From: a virus
Taxonomy: Duplodnaviria; Caudoviricetes
Direction: 5' to 3' (one strand)
IMG/VR virus record: IMGVR_UViG_3300025862_000015
Coordinates: 1-29,856 of that record
DNA: 29,856 bases
This document shows positions 18,126-24,442 of this stretch, piece after piece. Positions within the stretch are counted from its first letter, which is position 1. Each line of letters opens with the position of its first letter. The position numbers and the translations under genes are program-made. Under the pieces are notes generated by a model. That model was not told where the DNA came from and made no database searches. It was given only the letters and a program-made list of their open reading frames with translations.

Positions 18126-18131
18126 TTATTT

Positions 18132-18263
18132 CTAGCGCCGGACCCGGCCGGCCTCCTTGAGCAGATACAGCGCCGTAGCGATCAAGAACCCGATGAAGAG
18201 AAACCAGAGCAGGATCTTGTCGAAGAACAGAGCCCGACGGTCTCGAACTGCAGACCGTCGCAT
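18132..18263 (-). CDS. 43-aa single-pass membrane microprotein
   Basis: Not in the track. MRRSAVRDRRALFFDKILLWFLFIGFLIATALYLLKEAGRVRR. Fills the intergenic gap. Confidence 0.55.
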   Translation of the reverse strand: MRRSAVRDRRALFFDKILLWFLFIGFLIATALYLLKEAGRVRR

Positions 18264-18270
18264 TGGGGGA

Positions 18271-18681
18271 CTAGGTCAGAGGAGCTGGCTGGTTCGCTTT
18301 GAGGTCGGCCTGGGCCTTATCTCCCTCTTTTACAAGGGAGTCGATCAGGTCTTGCTCGGCCTTGGCGGCGAGCGCGAAGACCTCGGAGAGGACGTTCATG
18401 TCCGCCAGGTCCATGCCGCCCTCGGAGTCCTTCCACCATTTGGGGGACTCGATCACGCGGACGGACATCTCGGACACCAAACTGGCGACGAAGGAAGCGC
18501 CCTGGGTTGCCTCGGTGCCCGTCGGTCCTAGCAAGGAGCGCCGGATCTCATCGCGGCGAAGCTGGTCGCGGAACGAGAGTCGGGTGCGGACCTTGAATTT
18601 ACCGTTGAACAAGGTACCCGTGGTCGTGCCCTTGAGATTGTCAACGGTGAATTCGGTTTCAAACTTCTCGGTCAATGCCAT
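18271..18681 (-). CDS. Probable tail assembly chaperone
   Basis: 136 aa. GKFKV...LS...PKWW.D......D..VL..VF pattern seen in myovirus chaperones. AAGGGA RBS. Confidence 0.55.
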   Translation of the reverse strand: MALTEKFETEFTVDNLKGTTTGTLFNGKFKVRTRLSFRDQLRRDEIRRSLLGPTGTEATQGASFVASLVSEMSVRVIESPKWWKDSEGGMDLADMNVLSEVFALAAKAEQDLIDSLVKEGDKAQADLKANQPAPLT

Positions 18682-18708
18682 AAATATCCCTTCGGTTGGT
18701 CGGCTGGA

Positions 18709-18715
18709 ATGATTG
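18709..18715 (-). promoter_or_regulatory. Motif 2 CAATCAT
   Basis: Upstream of the chaperone-like gene. Confidence 0.5.
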
Positions 18716-18723
18716 TAGTCTAT

Positions 18724-18734
18724 CTATAGCGAAC
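18724..18734 (-). promoter_or_regulatory. Motif 1 GTTCGCTATAG
   Basis: Upstream of the leadered gene starting at 18681. Confidence 0.75.
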
Positions 18735-18821
18735 CCTCCGTCGTCTGGGTTCACTGCCCGTGGCACGCGAACTCGCCATGGAGCCGATCTCGGCAGTAAT
18801 GAACGCTTTTCCATCCATACC

Positions 18822-18832
18822 TTATAGCGAAC
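18822..18832 (-). promoter_or_regulatory. Motif 1 variant GTTCGCTATAA
   Basis: One mismatch. 7 nt before an ATG at 18814. Confidence 0.6.
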
Positions 18833-18875
18833 GTGGCTACTTCCCCCACCTGCGGCGGATCTCACTTGCCGTTAG

Positions 18876-18992
18876 AGGGGCCGGCAGGAGTCGAACCTGC
18901 ACCGCTACGGCCTGGAGCGGCTCGTCAGCGCCCTGGTTCCGCAGCCACCGGTCATTCATCGCCGGGGCGTCTACCTATTCCGCCACGACCCC
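18876..18992 (-). ncRNA. tRNA-like RNA with a very long variable arm and non-canonical anticodon arm
   Basis: Acceptor GGGGTCG/CGGCCCC. D arm GCG-GAATAGGTAGA-CGC. T arm GCAGG-TTCGACT-CCTGC. About 66 nt between the D and T arms. Confidence 0.7.
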
Positions 18993-19014
18993 GATAGTCT
19001 ATTTTTGTGCTCCG

Positions 19015-19021
19015 ATGATTG
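19015..19021 (-). promoter_or_regulatory. Motif 2 CAATCAT
   Basis: Upstream of the tRNA-like RNA. Confidence 0.5.
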
Positions 19022-19036
19022 GCTCTTACGCTTGGT

Positions 19037-19047
19037 CTATAGCGAAC
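19037..19047 (-). promoter_or_regulatory. Motif 1 GTTCGCTATAG
   Basis: Upstream of the tRNA-like RNA. Confidence 0.75.
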
Positions 19048-19059
19048 GGGGGCTTGGTC

Positions 19060-19710
19060 TTAGCGGATGGGTTCAAAATCCTTCCGCTTTAGGAACAGCT
19101 CTTTTGTGGTTCCGAACGGGCGTACTACAAAACTTTTCTTTCCAATGGGCCGCAAGAGTTGCCCCCGAAGGGAGACCCCGTGAATATTAAACGTCACCCA
19201 AGACGCTCTCAGAATTTCATCGCGAGCCGCTGTCGCGCGAGCTGCATGTAGCATGGTCTGCGGACTCGTAGTCGCCTCAGATTTTCCGTATCGAGCCAAA
19301 ATGCCTTTTCGATAAGGGATGCACCGTTTCTTTTTGAACTCCAGCCAGGAATCCGAGAATGGTCTCAAGAAATGCAGCGGGACCCCCATCTGCATGAATC
19401 CACGATATAGCGCGCGATTGAGCGTGCCTGGATCTATCTGAAACGTAGACAACTCAATCAAGAACAGACCCGCTCGGGCCATCAACTGGCGCTTCGTATC
19501 ATCACGACGCATCTGCGCCATGTCGTCGTAGTGGTGTTGCCCTTGGATTTCAATACCTATCCAGCAATCTGGAAGGTAAAAATCCAGCTCCAACGGATGA
19601 CCTGTGTCAGGATTCGTTAGAAAAGCCGGGCGGGCGTTTCTCTCTACGACAACACAATCCTCAAGCACCAACTTCAAGGACTCACGAGCTATTTCTTCTG
19701 CGACACTCAT
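19060..19710 (-). CDS. PD-(D/E)xK endonuclease (DUF559/Vsr-like)
   Basis: LELDFYLP...IGIEIQGQHHY...RRDDTKR. Start revised to ATG 19710 because the upstream sequence is tmRNA. Confidence 0.75.
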   Translation of the reverse strand: MSVAEEIARESLKLVLEDCVVVERNARPAFLTNPDTGHPLELDFYLPDCWIGIEIQGQHHYDDMAQMRRDDTKRQLMARAGLFLIELSTFQIDPGTLNRALYRGFMQMGVPLHFLRPFSDSWLEFKKKRCIPYRKGILARYGKSEATTSPQTMLHAARATAARDEILRASWVTFNIHGVSLRGQLLRPIGKKSFVVRPFGTTKELFLKRKDFEPIR

Positions 19711-20096
19711 TTGTGGAGGCGCGGGCATTGAAGCCCGGTCCATCAGACGTCGCCACTGAACTACTACACCCATTCCTCGTTTTTTATCGAGCGGAGGCAC
19801 GAGGACCTCCAGCGTTCATTTGCTCTTCTTTTGATCTTCAGCTTTCCGGCAGCCGATCAGTCCGCCCTAGCACTCTCTGTCTTTTTGCGCCATCAAGATA
19901 CTGAGAGGTCTACTTGACAACGGTCCTGCTTACGCGTGAGCGAAGGCGGGGGACCCGTTCACTCCCCAGCCCATGAGGCTGAAGGGAACGTCGAATTCGT
20001 CAGAATTCGCTTTTGGTTTTGTTGCCCTTTTAACGAACCTGGGCGTTTCGGGGTGCAATCCAGTGACTAGTTCCAATGTCGAAACCTTTCGCCCCC
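19711..20096 (-). ncRNA. ssrA: tmRNA
   Basis: 5' GGGGGCGAAAGGTTTCGAC. 3' GAC-CGGGC-TTCAAT-GCCCG-CGCCTCC-A-CAA. Acceptor has G3:U70. 386 nt with an internal tag frame starting ANSDE. Confidence 0.88.
19930..20010 (-). other. tmRNA tag reading frame ANSDEFDVPFSLMGWGVNGSPAFAHA*
   Basis: GCG resume codon after A-rich AAAACCAAAA, ending in TAA. The resume codon is inferred from the AN(D/S) consensus. Confidence 0.7.
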
Positions 20097-20111
20097 AGAA
20101 CTTACCGATCG

Positions 20112-20118
20112 ATGATTG
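20112..20118 (-). promoter_or_regulatory. Motif 2 CAATCAT
   Basis: Upstream of the tmRNA. Confidence 0.5.
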
Positions 20119-20147
20119 CTTGCCGGTTCACCTCCTCTGTGATCTGC

Positions 20148-20158
20148 CTATAGCGAAC
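20148..20158 (-). promoter_or_regulatory. Motif 1 GTTCGCTATAG
   Basis: Upstream of the tmRNA. Confidence 0.75.
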
Positions 20159-20175
20159 GCCTTGATTTTATTGAC

Positions 20176-20403
20176 TTATCGGCAGATCGTAACGAAACCC
20201 AAGGCCCGGGGCGAGGCGCCTGGGTCCCTGCTGTCGGCGAGGACGCGCAGTGCGAGAGCCTTCACGGCACCTGTCGCTTCTTCGGCGGTCGCGCCGTACG
20301 CGAGCACGCCGGGCAGCTCGGGGACCTCGGCGATCCACCGCCCGTCGTCCTCGGGCTCGATCTCGACCGTGAAGATGATTTTGCGGGTCGTCTTGGTTTT
20401 CAT
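20176..20403 (-). CDS. hicB: HicB-like antitoxin domain (orphan)
   Basis: IEPEDDGRWIAEVPELPGVLAYGATAEEA. No hicA adjacent. Confidence 0.85.
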   Translation of the reverse strand: MKTKTTRKIIFTVEIEPEDDGRWIAEVPELPGVLAYGATAEEATGAVKALALRVLADSRDPGASPRALGFVTICR

Positions 20404-20448
20404 ATTGGTTTCTCGGTTGGGTTGGGTTGGTCTTGCTGCCTGATCTGT

Positions 20449-20459
20449 CTATAGCGAAC
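20449..20459 (-). promoter_or_regulatory. Motif 1 GTTCGCTATAG
   Basis: Upstream of hicB. Confidence 0.75.
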
Positions 20460-20461
20460 GC

Positions 20462-20884
20462 CTACGTCATCGTCGCCGTGAAGAAGATTTGAGCCGGGAA
20501 CATAAGGGCCAATTTCGCCATCTCGATCATCGCTGGCACGTCCAAGGCCATCTCGGACAAGTACTTGGGGAGCTGCGATAGCGCCCACTGGCAGGCGGGC
20601 ACGACCCCTTCGAGACCGATTGCAAAAAGGGTACACGTACCCACTGAGTCCTTGGTTCGAGCGAATGGGATCAGCTCGTTATCGGAAACGTCGATATTCA
20701 GCAGCTCCCGCAGCCAGCGCTGGGCCGCCAGGATCGACGGCTCGTTCTCCCTCTTGCTGCCCCCAAAATATGTCCAGGCCTCTCCGTTGTCCCGGAGCGC
20801 TACAGAATGGGGGACCCCGTCACGCACTGAAAAGATGAGAATCCCTACCGTATCCCGGGGCTCCTCGTTGTCGATGATGGCCAT
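20462..20884 (-). CDS. NUDIX-fold-like protein (degenerate box)
   Basis: WTYFGGSKRENEPSILAAQRWLRELLNI resembles Gx5Ex7REUxEExGU. Start revised to the ATG 7 nt after motif 1. Confidence 0.6.
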   Translation of the reverse strand: MAIIDNEEPRDTVGILIFSVRDGVPHSVALRDNGEAWTYFGGSKRENEPSILAAQRWLRELLNIDVSDNELIPFARTKDSVGTCTLFAIGLEGVVPACQWALSQLPKYLSEMALDVPAMIEMAKLALMFPAQIFFTATMT

Positions 20885-20891
20885 ACCAGAC

Positions 20892-20902
20892 CTATAGCGA
20901 AC
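20892..20902 (-). promoter_or_regulatory. Motif 1 GTTCGCTATAG
   Basis: 7 nt before ATG 20884. Confidence 0.8.
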
Positions 20903-20910
20903 GTCCGTGC

Positions 20911-20917
20911 CAATCAT
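20911..20917 (+). promoter_or_regulatory. Motif 2 CAATCAT
   Basis: 9 nt before the holin-like ATG. Confidence 0.5.
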
Positions 20918-20926
20918 CCCAGGACC

Positions 20927-21271
20927 ATGGCTGAGTGCACCTGCCCCAAGCACCGTTTTCGCGCCTCCATTTACAAGGCGTTCGACGGTTTCTGTAACCG
21001 CAAGGCCTCAATGACCTTGATCGCGTTCGGGATGGTGATCCTGGTGTGTATGATCGCTGGTAAGGTCAAGCCCTTAGAGGACAACCTGCCCACGGTACTC
21101 GGGGCCATCATCGGGATCCTGACCATTTTCATAACAGGTCACGCAGTTGACCAAAGGTGGACGCCCAGCGGCCCCACCCCAGTCGAGAAGAAGGACCTGC
21201 CCGGGGTGGCCAAGGCCGTCGTCAAAGAGGTCGAGAAGAAGGAAGAAAAGGACGAGGAAGAGGGTTGCTAA
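20927..21271 (+). CDS. Holin-like two-TM protein
   Basis: Two hydrophobic segments and a highly charged C-terminal tail. Confidence 0.5.
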   Translation: MAECTCPKHRFRASIYKAFDGFCNRKASMTLIAFGMVILVCMIAGKVKPLEDNLPTVLGAIIGILTIFITGHAVDQRWTPSGPTPVEKKDLPGVAKAVVKEVEKKEEKDEEEGC

Positions 21272-21316
21272 GAGCTAAGAGCGCTTCGCGGCCCGTTTTA
21301 GGGGGTCGATCACTCC

Positions 21317-21323
21317 CAATCAT
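21317..21323 (+). promoter_or_regulatory. Motif 2 CAATCAT
   Basis: 6 nt before ATG 21330. Confidence 0.5.
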
Positions 21324-21329
21324 ATGTGC

Positions 21330-21896
21330 ATGGCCATCTTCTTTCTGTTCAAGCTGCTCGCTAAAATCGGCTGGTTCCTCTTCTCCCACGTCATCCTGCG
21401 CCACTGGCTCCTGTCGGCCATTCTGGGCGGGATCGCGCTCGGCGTAGAGCTGCTAGCCAAGCCTCGGCGCTTCATCAAGACGCAGCCCCCGGGACTCACC
21501 AAGAAGGTGTTCGAGTTCACCGTCAACGGCTGGCTCGGGAAGAAGATGACCTCCGCCTACTGGGCGGGAACTACGATTCCGTTTCCGGGCTTCGTTCTAA
21601 TCCTCTATTGGATTGGCCCGAATGTTCCTACCGTGGAGTCTTTGGTCAGAGACCACGAATTCGTTCACGTCCAACAGGATGTTGATGCCAAGTGGTTTTT
21701 CGTGGCCTGGTACCGATACATCAAAGAGTGGACCATCGAAGCCTGGAAGCATACCCCCGACAAATGGGACTTCTTCAAGCCCACGAAATGGTATGCGATC
21801 TATGGCAACGGGTACTTCAACAATCAATACGAGGTCCAAGCGTATGCAATTGAGTACGCGGATCGCGACAACAACACGATCCCGGACTGGGCGTAA
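21330..21896 (+). CDS. Membrane-anchored HExxH protein (zincin-like)
   Basis: N-terminal TM segments, DHEFVHVQQ, NQYEVQAY. ATG 21330 (6 nt after CAATCAT) or ATG 21324. Confidence 0.6.
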   Translation: MAIFFLFKLLAKIGWFLFSHVILRHWLLSAILGGIALGVELLAKPRRFIKTQPPGLTKKVFEFTVNGWLGKKMTSAYWAGTTIPFPGFVLILYWIGPNVPTVESLVRDHEFVHVQQDVDAKWFFVAWYRYIKEWTIEAWKHTPDKWDFFKPTKWYAIYGNGYFNNQYEVQAYAIEYADRDNNTIPDWA

Positions 21897-21931
21897 GGAG
21901 ACTGGCCCTGCTCAACCACTTCCTTCGTAGC

Positions 21932-22192
21932 GTGGAGTGCGGCTTCGCCCATTGGTGCCCTGGGTGCGAGCGCATGCACGTTCTGCCTACAAAGCGGGGC
22001 TGGACCTTCAACGGGAACACCGACAAGCCCACCTTTGCTCCCAGTTTTAAGTACACGTCGAATGAGGGTACGCCCCCATCTGAGGTCTGCCACTACAACC
22101 TGATCGACGGGGCGCTGAACTTCCACAACGACTGCACCCACCTACTGAAGGGCAAGAGCGTCCCGTTGCCCCCAATCCCAGTCCACGAGTGA
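21932..22192 (+). CDS. DUF6527-like Cys/His protein
   Basis: WCPGC..MH...WTFNGN.DKPTF.PS...CH.....G......DCTH.LKG..VPLP. The true start may be upstream (CTG 21908). Confidence 0.7.
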   Translation: MECGFAHWCPGCERMHVLPTKRGWTFNGNTDKPTFAPSFKYTSNEGTPPSEVCHYNLIDGALNFHNDCTHLLKGKSVPLPPIPVHE

Positions 22193-22197
22193 GCACG

Positions 22198-22374
22198 ATG
22201 CCTGAGACCCCCGAGGCCGATCAGGACCAAGAAACCGACGATGTCTCGGGGATTACCAAGGATACTGTCACCATCTCCGAAGAGATCTCGAAGCGCATCG
22301 AGCTGGACGTTGAGGTTGGGAAGACGGACGACGACGCCAAAGAGATCGGGCTCGGCATCACGATCCGGTTCTAG
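22198..22374 (+). CDS. Small acidic hypothetical protein
   Basis: 58 aa, D/E-rich, follows the previous stop closely. Confidence 0.45.
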   Translation: MPETPEADQDQETDDVSGITKDTVTISEEISKRIELDVEVGKTDDDAKEIGLGITIRF

Positions 22375-22458
22375 TGCTGGCGGGGGGACTCGGACCCCCA
22401 AGGGCGTTAGCCCGCCGGAATTTGAAGCCGGTGCGTATACCAGTTCCGCCACGCCAGC
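22375..22458 (-). tRNA. tRNA-Leu(CAA)
   Basis: Acceptor GCTGGCG/CGCCAGC. D arm GCGGAACTGGTATACGC. Anticodon loop TTCAAAT. Long variable arm. T arm GGGGG-TCCGAGT-CCCCC. Confidence 0.88.
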
Positions 22459-22500
22459 AGCGGCCCCACCCTAGTCGATGGTGGGGCGATTCGCAAGTTC

Positions 22501-23283
22501 CTACTTCTGGCAGGTCAACTGGCCGGTAGCTCCCAGCTCCTTGCGCGCCGATGCCCCGGTACCAGCGTATACGCAATCCACGGCGCCGACCTGCAACGCC
22601 TCCGGCCACGCCATAAACCACTCCCTGTTAGTAGTCTTCTCCTGGTATTGCTCCAAGGTGATCTTCATACGGCTGATAGCGTGCTCGGCAATCCCGCGTG
22701 CGTCCGCGGTCAGATCATTGATTCGTTCCCCTAGATCGTGGATGGTGATCATCTCATCGGCCGAGGTCATCATCAGGGGCTCGTGGGCCATTAGGCTGGA
22801 GCGCTTGGTCATTATCCGATTCTGGCAGCTCTGGAGCATGAAGAACCCCATGCTGTAAGCGTCACCGTCTACCACGCAATAGATCTTGGCGGGGGTCGCT
22901 TCGAGGGCTTTTTCCAGTTCAAACCCCTCGCCGACACTTCCGCCGGGCGTGTTGATGTCGAGCATCAGGATGTCAGTGGGCTTGGCCGCCTTGATGGCCT
23001 CAAGTACCGATTTGGTGGACCCGTTCATGATCGGGCCATTGATGCGGACGTAGGTGACACAGAAAGGGGTATCGCACTTGGGAGTTGGGACGGGGTCTGC
23101 GTCGGCTGCGCTGCTCAGGAGTCTCAGGATATCCTCTGGCGACAGCTCGTTGTCTGCAGCCTTGGGCGTGACAACGCTAGCGGCACTGGCAACCGCCGGC
23201 ATATTGGATCTACGGGAAGTGTGCCGGGCCGTCGCGCACGACACCCCAAGCGCAATCAGAGCGAACAGAACAAGCTTCTTCAC
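22501..23283 (-). CDS. ClpP-family protease with lipoprotein signal peptide
   Basis: Lipobox LGVSC, INTPGGSV, AYSMG (catalytic Ser), LMAHEP (His), EAL..GAVD. Confidence 0.82.
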   Translation of the reverse strand: MKKLVLFALIALGVSCATARHTSRRSNMPAVASAASVVTPKAADNELSPEDILRLLSSAADADPVPTPKCDTPFCVTYVRINGPIMNGSTKSVLEAIKAAKPTDILMLDINTPGGSVGEGFELEKALEATPAKIYCVVDGDAYSMGFFMLQSCQNRIMTKRSSLMAHEPLMMTSADEMITIHDLGERINDLTADARGIAEHAISRMKITLEQYQEKTTNREWFMAWPEALQVGAVDCVYAGTGASARKELGATGQLTCQK

Positions 23284-23298
23284 GTCGATCTCCTTGTT

Positions 23299-23748
23299 TT
23301 AGAGCCCGGCCGCGGCCAGCGCCTCGTTTGCCTGCTGAACCAACCCGCCCTCTACAAAACACTCACCCGTATGATTTGAGTCGAGGTCCTGGCCGTTAGT
23401 TAAGACCCCGTCCCTGAGATGACAAAGCTCGTGAGCAAGGGCCGTGGTGGAGAACACCGATCCCGCTGGCCACGCCACCTCCGCATTAAAGGGATCCCAG
23501 GTGGATTCGCCGGCAACGCAGAGAGGTGGGGTAAAGTCAAATGACATCCATCCCGCGTCATTCATGCCGCAATTCAGTCCACCGCCGGTCACCCACTCGA
23601 TCGGTGGGGGCGGGACGGTCATCCCGTACTGCTCGCTCCAGACGAGGGTTACTGCGGACGACTGATCCGGCATCGGGGGCGTCATCGGTGGCGGGGCCTG
23701 GCGGCAGGCTGCGAGAAGCAGAGCGAATGCCGGGCCCAGCCAGCGCAC
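23299..23748 (-). CDS. Lipoprotein with HExxH motif
   Basis: Lipobox LLAAC, Pro-rich linker, LAHELCH. Confidence 0.65.
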   Translation of the reverse strand: MRWLGPAFALLLAACRQAPPPMTPPMPDQSSAVTLVWSEQYGMTVPPPPIEWVTGGGLNCGMNDAGWMSFDFTPPLCVAGESTWDPFNAEVAWPAGSVFSTTALAHELCHLRDGVLTNGQDLDSNHTGECFVEGGLVQQANEALAAAGL

Positions 23749-23750
23749 GA

Positions 23751-24050
23751 TCAGTTCGTCCCCTTACGATGCCGGAGTCGCTCCCGCGTCTTCGAGATCA
23801 AGACCTCGTCGCGCTTGTACTCTTGCTCCAGAACCCGCTTCACTTCCTCGTCCACTTCGGCCGTCGGGAAGATCTGTTTGCAGGCCACGCACGTAGGTAT
23901 GTAGACGCTCATGGGCAGGTTGATGATCACCTCCTTGTGGGCGAAGAAGCGGCCATCGCGAGCGGTGGGAATCACGTGCCCGACCGTACACTCGGGGCAA
24001 CGGTGGGGTCGGATTCGGGGCTTGTCGGAAGTCGAGGAGTGGGGAAGCAT
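23751..24050 (-). CDS. MqsA/YgiT-type zinc-finger protein lacking an HTH
   Basis: RCPEC..G...CVACKQIF. Start revised to the ATG 7 nt after motif 1. Confidence 0.6.
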   Translation of the reverse strand: MLPHSSTSDKPRIRPHRCPECTVGHVIPTARDGRFFAHKEVIINLPMSVYIPTCVACKQIFPTAEVDEEVKRVLEQEYKRDEVLISKTRERLRHRKGTN

Positions 24051-24057
24051 ATTGGGT

Positions 24058-24068
24058 CTATAGCGAAC
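24058..24068 (-). promoter_or_regulatory. Motif 1 GTTCGCTATAG
   Basis: 7 nt before ATG 24050. Confidence 0.8.
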
Positions 24069-24070
24069 GC

Positions 24071-24361
24071 CTATCCGCAGCCCTTTATCACCAAAATCAG
24101 TAGCGCACTGATCACGGTGGCGGCTAATCCACTTCCCCACTTGATCAGGGCGCGCCGCTGGCGAACGGGGCGGTCTACCAACTCCTTGACGTCGGCTGAT
24201 GTCTTGACGTCCGCCTGAACGTGGGCGGCAAAATCGCTCGTCAATTGGACCAGGACCTCGCCGCTATCCTTCAACTCTCCCAAGATCCTGTCCTGGCCAT
24301 CGAGTCGGCTTTCGATCCGGCCTAGGGCTCTGCTCATCTCGATCAGGATGTCGTTTTCCAA
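24071..24361 (-). CDS. Coiled-coil protein with C-terminal TM (XhlA/holin-like architecture)
   Basis: TTG start with GAGG RBS. LGRIESRLD heptads and a C-terminal hydrophobic helix. Confidence 0.55.
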   Translation of the reverse strand: MENDILIEMSRALGRIESRLDGQDRILGELKDSGEVLVQLTSDFAAHVQADVKTSADVKELVDRPVRQRRALIKWGSGLAATVISALLILVIKGCG

Positions 24362-24396
24362 ATGTCCTCTATCGGGCTAGGGTGGGGCTACCCAAG

Positions 24397-24403
24397 ATGA
24401 TTG
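24397..24403 (-). promoter_or_regulatory. Motif 2 CAATCAT
   Basis: Upstream of the gene starting at 24361. Confidence 0.5.
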
Positions 24404-24424
24404 GTGGTGGGCACCGAAGTGGGC

Positions 24425-24435
24425 GTTCGCTATAG
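24425..24435 (+). promoter_or_regulatory. Motif 1 GTTCGCTATAG
   Basis: 7 nt before ATG 24443. Confidence 0.8.
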
Positions 24436-24442
24436 GGTTGGC

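Noticed and set aside
19711-19800. N-terminal 30 codons of track ORF 19060..19800
   Set aside because: They overlap the tmRNA 3' domain. The start is better placed at 19710.
20415-20430. GGTTG tandem run in the hicB leader
   Set aside because: Only about three units, with no support for a function.
19973-20443. 156-aa plus-strand ORF
   Set aside because: Antisense to the tmRNA and hicB, with no recognisable motifs.
1273-24435. Motif 1 as a CRISPR repeat or integron attC site
   Set aside because: Only 11-12 bp, irregularly spaced, on both strands, and without the long palindrome of attC.
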